Shown: positions 8,947-17,734, counted from the stretch's first letter. The stretch is 55,776 bases of DNA from Candidatus Saccharimonadota bacterium (GCA_037139495.1 JBAXGG010000002.1:1-55776), one strand, 5' to 3'. The notes: a model not told the origin generated them from the letters alone. A program made the numbers and translations.

Positions 8947-10220
8947 CTATCGCTAGGTAGTGGGAATTTAAGAGCGAAGGTCTTAACCTCGTCTCGCAGT
9001 TTAGCTAGAACTTTAGGATCATCCCGACCATCGATAACTTGTTTCATCCAAGTCGCAATCGTTGCCATATCATCTTCTTTCAAGCCTCGTGTCGTAATAG
9101 CTGGTGTGCCTAAACGAATACCGCTAGGCCTAAAAGGCGGCAAAGGGTCATTGGCAACGGCATTTTTATTGAGGGTCAGACCAATTTCATCCAATGCCTC
9201 TTCGACTACCTTACCGTCAACTCCAAAAGCTTTATAGACATCTGCCAGCATTAAATGATTATCGGTACCGCCAGTAATCAAGCTAAAGCCTTGCTTAAGC
9301 AGCTCTTGGCTGAGCCGCTTGGCATTCAATAAAACCTGGTTAGCGTAGTCATGAAAGGCCGGTTTTAGTGCCTCGCCAAAAGCTACCGCTTTGGCAGCAA
9401 TAATGTGCTCGTGTGGCCCACCCTGCAAACCGGGGAAAACCATTCGGTCAATTAGAGTTGGTAAGTTATCCAGAGTTTTATCGACTTTTTTAAGCGGATT
9501 ACTGACTATTCCCTGGCTCAAAATCATACCACCACGCGGACCGCGCAAAGTTTTATGCGTGGTAGTGGTAATTACATGAAAACCGTAATCGAAAGGATTT
9601 TTAGCGACTTTGCCAGCAATCAGCCCGGCGATATGAGACATATCGGCCATCAACATGGCACCAACTTCGTGACCAATCGCGGCAAACTTGGCGTAATCAA
9701 GCTCGCGCGGGTAAGCACTAAAACCAGCCAAAATAATCTTTGGTTTATGCTTGAGGGCCATCTCGCGCAGTTGTTCATAATCAATCTCTCCAGTATCTAT
9801 ATTCTTCATGCCATACCTGACGAAGTTATATTGGCGCGACAAGACTGTCACAGGATGTCCATGAGTTAGGTGGCCGCCATGACTAAGGTCCATCGCCAGC
9901 ACAGTATCGCCGGGTTCAAGCCAAGCATGATAGACAGCCTCGTTAGCCTGAGCACCAGAATGCGGCTGAACGTTAGCGTGAGCACAGCCAAAAAGTTCTT
10001 TGGCTCGATCAATTGCAAGCTGTTCAACTTTGTCGGTATTTTCTTGGCCACCATAATAACGTTTGCCAGGGTAGCCCTCAGAATATTTGTTAGTAAACAC
10101 GCTGCCCATTGTAGTTAGAATGTCTCGACTAACGTAATTTTCGGACGGTATTAACTCTAATCCCTCGCGTTGGCGTTTTTCTTCGGCTTCAATCAGTCTA
10201 GCTACCACTTGGTCTTGCAT
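8943..10220 (-). CDS. glyA: Serine hydroxymethyltransferase
   Basis: SHMT throughout (LELIPSENY, the TTTTHKTLRGPRGG PLP-lysine region). I trimmed the track ORF (to 10337) to the ATG at 10220 (MQDQVVARL), because the 39-aa extension is not SHMT-like. Confidence 0.9.
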   Translation of the reverse strand: MQDQVVARLIEAEEKRQREGLELIPSENYVSRDILTTMGSVFTNKYSEGYPGKRYYGGQENTDKVEQLAIDRAKELFGCAHANVQPHSGAQANEAVYHAWLEPGDTVLAMDLSHGGHLTHGHPVTVLSRQYNFVRYGMKNIDTGEIDYEQLREMALKHKPKIILAGFSAYPRELDYAKFAAIGHEVGAMLMADMSHIAGLIAGKVAKNPFDYGFHVITTTTHKTLRGPRGGMILSQGIVSNPLKKVDKTLDNLPTLIDRMVFPGLQGGPHEHIIAAKAVAFGEALKPAFHDYANQVLLNAKRLSQELLKQGFSLITGGTDNHLMLADVYKAFGVDGKVVEEALDEIGLTLNKNAVANDPLPPFRPSGIRLGTPAITTRGLKEDDMATIATWMKQVIDGRDDPKVLAKLRDEVKTFALKFPLPSDS

Positions 10221-10286
10221 CCTTTTATTGTAGCAGACTGTAAAAAGGGGTTTTAAAATACCTCGGGCGGTATATAATAGTCGAAT

Positions 10287-11810
10287 ATGCCCAATAGTAA
10301 TGAAAAGATCGGTCAACTTATTTACCAGATACGGCAAGAACGTGGCCTGACCCAGGCAGAGTTCGCTCGCCGCCTGAGTACTAGCCAGTCAGCAGTCAAC
10401 CGCATCGAACACGGCAAACAAAATCTTAGCCTAGAAACCTTGGGTCGTATCAGCGACGTGCTCCAGAAACCATTAATCAGCATTAACCAGGGCGCAATTA
10501 ACCTTCAGATTGAAGGCGGTCAAGAACTCAGAGGGGAGATAACTATTAAAACTAGTAAAAATGCTGCTGTCGCCCTAATTTGTGCCAGCTTGTTGAATAA
10601 AGGTACCACCAAACTAAAAAATGTTGCTCGCATAGAGGAGGTCAACCGACTAATCGAGGTATTAGTTAGTATTGGGGTCAACGTTCGTCGGTTACCGGGC
10701 AATGAGCTTGAAATAAAACCGCCAGCTGTTTTTAACCTCGATAATATGGATAAGGATGCTGCACGCAAAACACGAAGTGTAATTATGTTTATCGGTCCCC
10801 TGATGCATGCCATGAAAGATTTCAAGATTCCATATGCTGGTGGCTGCGAATTAGGTCGTCGTACTGTCCTCCCGCATCTCTATGGTTTACAAGAATTTGG
10901 TGTCGAAGTAATTACCAAAACGGGTCATTATCATGTCACCGTTAATAAGCATTTACCGAGACGTTCAGTTGTTCTGTACGAATCAGGCGATACTACCACT
11001 GAGAATCTACTCATGGCGGCCGCCTTAACTGAAGGTGAAACCGTCATTAAGATGGCCAGTGCTAACTATATGGTTCAGGACTTATGTTTCTACCTACAAA
11101 AATTAGGTGTCAGGATAGCCGGTATCGGCAGCAGTACCTTGCGCGTCCAAGGACTTAAAGAAATAAAGAAGAATGTCTCCTATGCTCCAAGCGAAGACCC
11201 AGTCGAAGCCATGACTTTCGTAGCAGCTGCCGTAACTACAAACTCCGCCATAACTATCAAACGAGTGCCGATTGAATTTATGGAACTCGAGTTACTTAAA
11301 CTAGAGAAAATGGGTCTTGAATACAGTGAATCGAAAACCTATAAAGCCGAAAACGGCCAAACGGATTTGGTAGACTTAAAAATCAAGAAACACAACGGCA
11401 AATTAGTGGCACCTACTGATAAAATTCACCCCAACATCTTCCCAGGATTAAACATCGACCATCTACCTTACTTTGTACCAATCGCTGCCGTCGCCAAAGG
11501 TCGCACTCTGATCCATGACTGGGTGTACGAAGACAGAGCCTTGATGTATACCGAAATGAAAAAAATCGGCGTTAAGGTTGAACTAGCCGACCCGCACCGC
11601 GTTTTCATTGAAGGCCCAACTCGTTTTAAAGCCGCCGACCTAGTTTGCCCAAGCGGTATCCGCCCCGCCGTTATGATTCTGATTGGCATGCTAGCCGCTT
11701 CGGGCACATCTCTGCTCCGTAATGTTTATACTATCAACCGTGGTTACGAAGATTTGGCTGAACGCCTAAACTCACTTGGAGCCAAAATAACGGTTATGCA
11801 CGAGCTTTAG
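10287..11810 (+). CDS. murA: XRE-type HTH domain fused to UDP-N-acetylglucosamine 1-carboxyvinyltransferase
   Basis: 507 aa. Residues 1-65 form a canonical XRE HTH (LTQAEFARRLSTSQSAVNRIEHGKQN). From about residue 68 it is MurA (LRGEITIKTSKNAAVALICASLL; catalytic-loop Cys in YAGGCELGRRTV). There is no stop or ATG between the domains. Confidence 0.85.
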   Translation: MPNSNEKIGQLIYQIRQERGLTQAEFARRLSTSQSAVNRIEHGKQNLSLETLGRISDVLQKPLISINQGAINLQIEGGQELRGEITIKTSKNAAVALICASLLNKGTTKLKNVARIEEVNRLIEVLVSIGVNVRRLPGNELEIKPPAVFNLDNMDKDAARKTRSVIMFIGPLMHAMKDFKIPYAGGCELGRRTVLPHLYGLQEFGVEVITKTGHYHVTVNKHLPRRSVVLYESGDTTTENLLMAAALTEGETVIKMASANYMVQDLCFYLQKLGVRIAGIGSSTLRVQGLKEIKKNVSYAPSEDPVEAMTFVAAAVTTNSAITIKRVPIEFMELELLKLEKMGLEYSESKTYKAENGQTDLVDLKIKKHNGKLVAPTDKIHPNIFPGLNIDHLPYFVPIAAVAKGRTLIHDWVYEDRALMYTEMKKIGVKVELADPHRVFIEGPTRFKAADLVCPSGIRPAVMILIGMLAASGTSLLRNVYTINRGYEDLAERLNSLGAKITVMHEL

Positions 11811-11855
11811 GTTTTAGGGAAATAAAAAAGACTCCTTTATGAAGTCTGAAGTATA

Positions 11856-11933
11856 TGGGGCGAGCTATGGGGATCGAACCCACGACCTCCGGAACCACAA
11901 CCCGGCGCTCTAACCAACTGAGCTAAGCCCGCC
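11856..11933 (-). tRNA. tRNA-His (anticodon GUG), with encoded G-1 and CCA
   Basis: The reverse complement GGCGGGCTTAGCTCAGTTGGTTAGAGCGCCGGGTTGTGGTTCCGGAGGTCGTGGGTTCGATCCCCATAGCTCGCCCCA has an 8-bp acceptor stem including G-1:C73. Anticodon loop is TTGTGGT. Confidence 0.9.
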
Positions 11934-11993
11934 ATAACTCGATAATTATATCTGTTAAAGTACCCTTAAGCAAGCATGCCTAAGAAGTGGTTT

Positions 11994-12070
11994 TGGTGCC
12001 CCGGGTAGGACTTGAACCTACGACCTTGAGCTTAGAAGTCTCCTGCTCTATCCAGCTGAGCTACCGGGGC
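11994..12070 (-). tRNA. tRNA-Arg (anticodon UCU), CCA encoded, weak anticodon stem
   Basis: The reverse complement is GCCCCGGTAGCTCAGCTGGATAGAGCAGGAGACTTCTAAGCTCAAGGTCGTAGGTTCAAGTCCTACCCGGGGCACCA. The acceptor, D and T arms are good and the loop is CTTCTAA. The anticodon stem GGAGA/GCTCA has only 3 Watson-Crick pairs. Confidence 0.75.
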
Positions 12071-12081
12071 CTAACAAATTG

Positions 12082-12156
12082 TGGTGCGGGATACCGGAGT
12101 CGAACCGGTGTCCAAAGTTTGGAAAACTTTTATATTAACCGCTATACGAATCCCGC
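12082..12156 (-). tRNA. tRNA-Gly (anticodon UCC), CCA encoded
   Basis: The reverse complement GCGGGATTCGTATAGCGGTTAATATAAAAGTTTTCCAAACTTTGGACACCGGTTCGACTCCGGTATCCCGCACCA folds as a cloverleaf. Anticodon loop is TTTCCAA. It is the first gene of a Gly-Arg-His cluster. Confidence 0.85.
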
Positions 12157-12168
12157 ACGCTGGACAAT

Positions 12169-12177
12169 ATTATAACA
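12169..12177 (-). promoter_or_regulatory. Extended -10 element TGTTATAAT upstream of the tRNA-Gly/Arg/His cluster
   Basis: On the minus strand, TGTTATAAT lies about 12 nt upstream of the tRNA-Gly 5' end. Confidence 0.4.
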
Positions 12178-12189
12178 GAGATGGTTTAT

Positions 12190-14613
12190 TTATTGCCGGT
12201 CATCCAGCGTGGCTTGTAGTTCAGGTGCATCAAGCTGCATCGTCTGGCCCGGAATAACAGTTCCAGCTAAGAGACGTTGGGCGACAACGTTTTCGACGGA
12301 GCGTTGAACGGTCCGGCGTAATGGGCGTGCTCCTAATCTTGGGTCGTAACCCTTGTCGACAAGCAAATCTTTGGCCGCATCAGTCAGGCTAACCGTAATT
12401 TTACGTCCGGCCAACCCCTTATTAATACTCGCCATAAGTAGACCGACTACTTGTTTCAATTCTTGTTTGGTCAATGGTCTAAAAAGAATAATCTCATCGA
12501 ATCGGTTAAGGAACTCGGGGCGAAAAATATTATCGTTAATTAATTCGTTAACGAATGCTTCTTCGAATTGCTCAAGTTGCTGGCCAGCCTCAATGTGAGC
12601 CCGAATTTTGTCAGCACCGGCGTTGCTGGTAGCGATAATAATTGAATCCCTGAAGCTAATTGGTTTGTTTTGAGCGTCGCGCAGGGTGCCTTCGTCCAGT
12701 AATTGGAGCAGTAAATTTAGCACGTTCGGATGAGCTTTTTCTATTTCGTCGAGTAAGACTACGCTAAAAGGTTGCTTAGCAATCTGCGCACAAAGGCTAT
12801 ACGGATCATTTGCGCCAGCGGTTAACAATCGATTGGTGTCATCGGCGTGTGAAAATTCGTTAAGATCAATCCGGACAATCCGATCTTCGCCACCGAAGTA
12901 AACATCGGCCAGTGCCTTAGAAAGTTCGGTCTTACCAACGCCAGTCGGTCCCAAGAAAAGGAAAGTACCTATCGGTTTCTTTTCGTTTCCGACGCCTGTG
13001 CGAGCCCGCCTTAAAGCATCACTGACTAACTTAACGGCTCTAGACTGATTAATCATCCTCTCGTGAATCCTACTTTCTAGGTTTATTAAAGTGTCCTTTT
13101 CCTCAAAGCTGCTGGCGGTTTGAACTTTAATATCAAAAGATTTCTCGATAGCTTGCTGAACCGACTTAACCGTAACAAAATGTTTTTGCTCCGGGAAACC
13201 AGCCGCAGCATCAATCAGCTTTAGTGCTTTACCGGGGAATGCCTGTTCGTGAATGTAGCGTTCGGATAACTTATATGCCTCCTCTATAGCCTGACGCATC
13301 AATACAATCTGGTGCTTCCCTTCGATTAAAAGAGTCTGGTCTTCGATGATTTGAACAGTTTCATTGAAGTTAAGCGGGTTGACTACCACTCGATTAAGCG
13401 ACTGTACCAGGCCGGGATTTGTTTGAGCCAGTCGTAGCCATTCCTGATTATCCAAAGCAATAATAATCTTCAGAGCACCACCCTCTAATACTGGTAAAAG
13501 AATATTAGATAAATCAACCGAACCAGTACCCTCTCTCAGGAATAGCTGAGCCTCGTCCAAAAACAAAATCACGTTTTTAGCCTGGATAGCTTCGTTGAAT
13601 ATATGAATTAGTAACTCCTCTAGTTGACCCCGGCCTTGAGAGTTGGCAATTAAATGAGCGGCGTCTAGCTCAATTACCTGCTGATAGCGCAAAGTTTCTG
13701 GAACACTCTTAGGGTCTTGTAGTAATCGTTGCGCGATCGTATAGACCAAGGTTGTCTTACCGACACCAACTTCACCGACTAGCGTAGCGTTGCGACGTCC
13801 AGGCTGACCGAGCAAATGAATAATTTGATCTATTGTAGGGAGTCGACTGTCGACTGGTCGCCTTAGGATGCCACCACTCTGGATACTGTTAGTAATGTTA
13901 AATCCGACGTGGTTTAAAACTGGTGCCCAGCCGAAACTTAAATCACGACCGATCCCACCGTAATGGCGTCTTTCGCGATGTCGATCGCGCATCATTTTAA
14001 TGTGATGACGCCAACCAACGCCAGACAATATATCACCAGCGTCTAGTTCGAGCTGGGCTAATTGTTGTTCGTGATCTGGGTTAGATAATATTAGCGCTGC
14101 TACCAAAACCGTCGAATCAACAAGATCGCTGTTTGTTTTTTGGAGTACGCTCAATGCTTGCTGCCATACTGCGTCGGTGTGCGTCGGGTCATCTGATGTT
14201 AGCTGCTGCATAATATCTGGACCGATAGCAAAGCGTGAAGCAAAAAAGTAACCACCCTGCTCTTTAGCAACCAAATTAGCCAAATCCTGCGGCGACATAC
14301 CGGTTCGTAATTTGGATAATAACCGTCGGCTAAGAATATCTGTTATATCATTAATTTGGCTTGCCGAGCCAGGAGTTAAATCTTTAAGTTCGCCATAATA
14401 CCAGAATAACGGGATGGCTAACGTACCACTGAACGCAAACAGTAAGTGAGCGAGCATTTGGTGCTGGATAAAAACACCCCACACCCAGCCTAGCAAGTTC
14501 AGTAACAGGAACGTCCACAGTACCATCCGGAAGACTTTGTTATCAAAGGGTGCAGCAAAGCGCGACTTTTTGGCACGTGGGCTCTGTAGATTACAAACTA
14601 CCCCTGTGTTCAT
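12190..14613 (-). CDS. Membrane-anchored two-ring AAA+ Hsp100/Clp-family ATPase
   Basis: 807 aa with two N-terminal TM helices (VLWTFLLLNLLGWVWGVFI, LAHLLFAFSGTLAIPLFWYY). D1 has Walker A GEVGVGKTT and Walker B ILFLDEAQ. D2 has Walker A GPTGVGKTE and Walker B VVLLDEIEKA, plus the sensor-2 region GARPLRR. There is no long coiled-coil M domain. No [LIV]-G-[FL] loop occurs between SNAG and FRPEF. Confidence 0.85.
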   Translation of the reverse strand: MNTGVVCNLQSPRAKKSRFAAPFDNKVFRMVLWTFLLLNLLGWVWGVFIQHQMLAHLLFAFSGTLAIPLFWYYGELKDLTPGSASQINDITDILSRRLLSKLRTGMSPQDLANLVAKEQGGYFFASRFAIGPDIMQQLTSDDPTHTDAVWQQALSVLQKTNSDLVDSTVLVAALILSNPDHEQQLAQLELDAGDILSGVGWRHHIKMMRDRHRERRHYGGIGRDLSFGWAPVLNHVGFNITNSIQSGGILRRPVDSRLPTIDQIIHLLGQPGRRNATLVGEVGVGKTTLVYTIAQRLLQDPKSVPETLRYQQVIELDAAHLIANSQGRGQLEELLIHIFNEAIQAKNVILFLDEAQLFLREGTGSVDLSNILLPVLEGGALKIIIALDNQEWLRLAQTNPGLVQSLNRVVVNPLNFNETVQIIEDQTLLIEGKHQIVLMRQAIEEAYKLSERYIHEQAFPGKALKLIDAAAGFPEQKHFVTVKSVQQAIEKSFDIKVQTASSFEEKDTLINLESRIHERMINQSRAVKLVSDALRRARTGVGNEKKPIGTFLFLGPTGVGKTELSKALADVYFGGEDRIVRIDLNEFSHADDTNRLLTAGANDPYSLCAQIAKQPFSVVLLDEIEKAHPNVLNLLLQLLDEGTLRDAQNKPISFRDSIIIATSNAGADKIRAHIEAGQQLEQFEEAFVNELINDNIFRPEFLNRFDEIILFRPLTKQELKQVVGLLMASINKGLAGRKITVSLTDAAKDLLVDKGYDPRLGARPLRRTVQRSVENVVAQRLLAGTVIPGQTMQLDAPELQATLDDRQ

Positions 14614-15020
14614 CGTCCGACCCCAAAAATCATCATTAGCAAGCTAACTGGCAATGCGAATGGTGCTAGAGGCCACAAGGCAACAAAAAACATTCCACTA
14701 ATCAAGACAGCTAGGCTGGCTAGCGCTCCTGTTAGAATAATAAAACTACGAGCAAAAAAACCAACAAACCGTGAGATGACATTATCGAAAAAAACATGGA
14801 TTCTGACATCTATCGGTCCACCCGGTTTGCTATAAGTCTGCTTAAAGGGAGCGAGCCAAGTTTTAATTAGAGCGGTGATTGAAAATGTTTCGTTACACCA
14901 TTGCAGTCGCTCGACGACGGCTCGATTCGTCGCCCATTGCCAACCAGCGCCGTACCACCAGCGCAGACTTAACCATATGACCATAAGCAGTATTGTATCA
15001 GATAGCGCCAGATGACACAC
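14610..15020 (-). CDS. Hypothetical membrane protein, translationally coupled to the Clp-like ATPase
   Basis: 136-aa ORF with a GTG start. It contains LRWWYGAGW and 2-3 TM helices. Its stop overlaps the downstream start (ATGA). Confidence 0.6.
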   Translation of the reverse strand: MCHLALSDTILLMVIWLSLRWWYGAGWQWATNRAVVERLQWCNETFSITALIKTWLAPFKQTYSKPGGPIDVRIHVFFDNVISRFVGFFARSFIILTGALASLAVLISGMFFVALWPLAPFALPVSLLMMIFGVGR

Positions 15021-15035
15021 TTCTTGATATAATCA

Positions 15036-16883
15036 TTGAATATGCATAAAATTATCAATTTTTTCAAACAGTACAGACAGCTAGGTTTAGTGCTCATCGC
15101 TATCTCGGTGGCGTTTATACTAGCCCTAACTGATCAGACTAAACTTTCTAACCTAGTACTCGGTATTACCGCTGCCATATCAGTGTTACCACTGCTATGG
15201 GGTATGGTCCAAGACATTAGAGATGGACAGTACGGGGTAGACATCTTGGCAGCTACAGCAATTATTGCCTCGGTCGCTCTAGGCGAATACTGGGCCGGTA
15301 TCGTTATTGTCTTTATGCTAACGGGCGGAGCGGCGTTGGAAGATTATGCCGAACATAGAGCCAAGACAGAACTTGATGCACTTCTTAAACGGGCCCCAAA
15401 AAAGGCACATCTGCTTAAGGGGACACAAGTTGTAGAAATTTTAGCTAGCAACGTTAAGGTTAATGACAGGCTACTTATTAAACCAGGCGAACTAATTCCG
15501 GTCGACTCCATAATTCTAGAAGGCCATACTAGTCTGGATGAATCCAGCTTAACTGGCGAAAGCTTGCCGACCGAAAAAACTGTTGGCGATGAAATCCTGA
15601 GTGGCGCCGTTAACCTCGACGGTGTAATTACTGTTAGAGCCCTGCGGGTGGCAGCCGATAGTCAATATGAAATGATTATTAAGTTGGTGAAGAATGCTAG
15701 CAGTAATCAGTCACCTTTTGTTCGTTTGGCCGATCGCTACAGTATTCCTTTCACGATTATTGCCTACGTAATAGCTATTAGTGTCTGGGTAGTCTCTGGT
15801 GATGCCATTCGCTTTTTAGAAGTTATTGTCGTTGCTACGCCTTGCCCGCTGCTTTTAGGAGCACCGATTGCCTTAATATCCGGCATGACCCGAGCCGCTA
15901 AACATGGAATTATTGTTAAAAATGGCTCCAGTATGGAGCGACTGGCCGAAGTTAAAACTGTCGCTTTCGATAAGACTGGTACCTTAACTATTGGTAAGCC
16001 AGTCGTCGAACGGGTTGAGGCCTTTGGAAAATTTGATAAAGAAACTGTCCTGCGCGCAGCCGCCAGCTTAGAGCATAACTCTAACCATATTTTGGCTAAA
16101 GCAATTGTCGATGAGGCTGTTAAAACCCATATAAAACTAGTTAAAATCAAAAGTCTGCGCGAAGAAGCTGGCTACGGTCTAGCCGGCATCATAAACCGTC
16201 AGGAAGTCCTTATCGGCAAGGCCGCTCTACTAATTAAGTCCAACATTGATGTGCCCAAAAAATACCAAGACGCTGCCGCTACCACTGCCCTGGTGGCAAT
16301 CGACGGACAATTGGCTGGCGTCATTGAGTTTACTGATGAATTAAGAGTGGAATCAAAAGGAACACTCAAACGTCTACGTGATGCCGGTGTTCGCCATATT
16401 TTGATGGTAACTGGCGATAACCAGGCTAGCGCCAATGCCATTGCCAAAAAGGTTGGTCTTATTGAAGTAATGGCGAATTGCCTACCAGTCGACAAGCTAA
16501 ATACCATCGAAGCTTTGCCGAACCGTCCAGTTGCCTTTGTTGGTGACGGCGTTAATGACGCTCCAGTATTAACAGCTGCCGATGTTGGCATCGCTCTAGG
16601 CGCCCGTGGCTCAGCTGCAGCCAGTGAATCCGCCGATGTGGTGATTATGCTCGACGACCTAGGTAGAGTCGCTACAGCCATCGAGATTGCCAAATACACC
16701 TTCTTTATAGCTAAACAAAGTATCCTGATTGGAATCTTTATAAGTATTGGGTTGATGCTAGTCTTTGCCACAGGAAGATTCAAACCAATCTACGGTGCGG
16801 CCCTGCAAGAAGTGGTTGATGTAGCAGTAATCTTTAATGCCCTACGAGCTCACGGCTCCTGGCGCAAAGACAACCTCGCCTAA
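15036..16883 (+). CDS. P1B-type heavy-metal-translocating P-type ATPase without an N-terminal metal-binding domain
   Basis: 615 aa. Motifs LTGESLP, DKTGTLT and GDGVNDAP, with the TM metal site ATPCPLLLG. The likely start is the ATG at 15042, 8 nt after TGATATAAT (15025-15033). Confidence 0.85.
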   Translation: MNMHKIINFFKQYRQLGLVLIAISVAFILALTDQTKLSNLVLGITAAISVLPLLWGMVQDIRDGQYGVDILAATAIIASVALGEYWAGIVIVFMLTGGAALEDYAEHRAKTELDALLKRAPKKAHLLKGTQVVEILASNVKVNDRLLIKPGELIPVDSIILEGHTSLDESSLTGESLPTEKTVGDEILSGAVNLDGVITVRALRVAADSQYEMIIKLVKNASSNQSPFVRLADRYSIPFTIIAYVIAISVWVVSGDAIRFLEVIVVATPCPLLLGAPIALISGMTRAAKHGIIVKNGSSMERLAEVKTVAFDKTGTLTIGKPVVERVEAFGKFDKETVLRAAASLEHNSNHILAKAIVDEAVKTHIKLVKIKSLREEAGYGLAGIINRQEVLIGKAALLIKSNIDVPKKYQDAAATTALVAIDGQLAGVIEFTDELRVESKGTLKRLRDAGVRHILMVTGDNQASANAIAKKVGLIEVMANCLPVDKLNTIEALPNRPVAFVGDGVNDAPVLTAADVGIALGARGSAAASESADVVIMLDDLGRVATAIEIAKYTFFIAKQSILIGIFISIGLMLVFATGRFKPIYGAALQEVVDVAVIFNALRAHGSWRKDNLA

Positions 16884-17536
16884 CCTATTTTAGCGGCCTG
16901 TAAGACGACTATAATCAACAACGGTACAAATATATTGTCAGTTCCAGCGATAGCTATATTTTCTACTGCTGTGGCAGCCAATGGTAAACAGATTAGTAAA
17001 GGCACTAAAGCCAGTGTAATCTGACTACCCGAGAGAATAACTGTGATATATACAATTATTAAAGAGGTCAGGAAGAATGCCAGAGTTCCGGCCAAAGTCT
17101 TAGAATAATTACCAATTTTGTATTGATGGTTTTTACCGTATTTTTTTCCGATTACCGCCGCCAGGCCATCGGCTACAGACAAGTGCAGAATTGCAGCCGA
17201 AAAAACAATTGGGGCCGGCATAATCAACGCCGAGATACCTACCCCGATCGGAAAAAAAAATTCCCCCCAAGTCTGGCGATTAACTGCGTGAACAGCATGA
17301 AAGATATGCTTTTGCATCGAAATCACAACAACAACCAAAAATGCCAAACTCATAAACTGAATCTGTTGCCAACTCATAAAGTACGGCCAAAAAGCTACAA
17401 AAGTTCCAACTAAGATATGAACAAACTTGCGTGCGTTTTCGCCTTTAATCACTTTTTTTCGCCAGAGAAGTTCGGAACTGGCAAGGATAGCCGATACGCC
17501 AGATAACGCAATGAATAAAGCTATTTGTGAGTCCAT
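16880..17536 (-). CDS. CTP-transferase-1 family membrane protein (polyprenol/dolichol kinase or CdsA-like)
   Basis: 218 aa, polytopic. RKFVHILVG, and VADGLAAVIGKKYGKNHQYKIGNYSKTLAGTLAFF which matches the family C-terminal motif (D..A..G..G....K(S/T).eG). Confidence 0.6.
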   Translation of the reverse strand: MDSQIALFIALSGVSAILASSELLWRKKVIKGENARKFVHILVGTFVAFWPYFMSWQQIQFMSLAFLVVVVISMQKHIFHAVHAVNRQTWGEFFFPIGVGISALIMPAPIVFSAAILHLSVADGLAAVIGKKYGKNHQYKIGNYSKTLAGTLAFFLTSLIIVYITVILSGSQITLALVPLLICLPLAATAVENIAIAGTDNIFVPLLIIVVLQAAKIG

Positions 17537-17679
17537 AGAACTAGTATGTATGGCTATGGCTCAATTGCAAGTGCGTTTTGAGGTGAAAGGCATCTCACAA
17601 CTACGCGTGTCCTCGAAGCAGGCTTCTGTGTGCAATCTGGCTGACCGTTCCTTCGACTTTCGCCTGCAAGCTGTTGGGT

Positions 17680-17704
17680 CTAATAACCAAGTCTTGGTCA
17701 TTAG
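17680..17704. promoter_or_regulatory. 25-bp near-perfect palindrome (CTAATAACCAAG-T-CTTGGTCATTAG)
   Basis: 11 of 12 arm positions are complementary (the exception is G:U on the minus-strand RNA). It lies between the tRNA-Pro terminator and the promoter region of 16880-17536. Confidence 0.4.
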
Positions 17705-17709
17705 CCAAT

Positions 17710-17734
17710 GAAAAAGTCGCCTTTTCAGACGACT
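17710..17734 (-). terminator. Rho-independent terminator after tRNA-Pro
   Basis: On the minus strand: AGTCGTC-TGAAAA-GGCGACT (7-bp stem including one G:U) followed by TTTTTC. Confidence 0.55.

Noticed and set aside
10221-10337. N-terminal extensions in the ORF track for glyA (39 codons), YebC (42 codons, 30202-30327), hrcA (8 codons) and recA (4 codons).
   Set aside because: The family-typical N-termini start at internal ATGs. The extensions overlap promoter or operator sequence (the palindrome upstream of hrcA, the SD of recA) and are not family-like.
17427-17711. A 94-aa plus-strand ORF in the tRNA-Pro / CTP-transferase spacer.
   Set aside because: It overlaps the start of the minus-strand gene and runs through the palindrome and terminator. 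It has no motifs and no plausible promoter or RBS.
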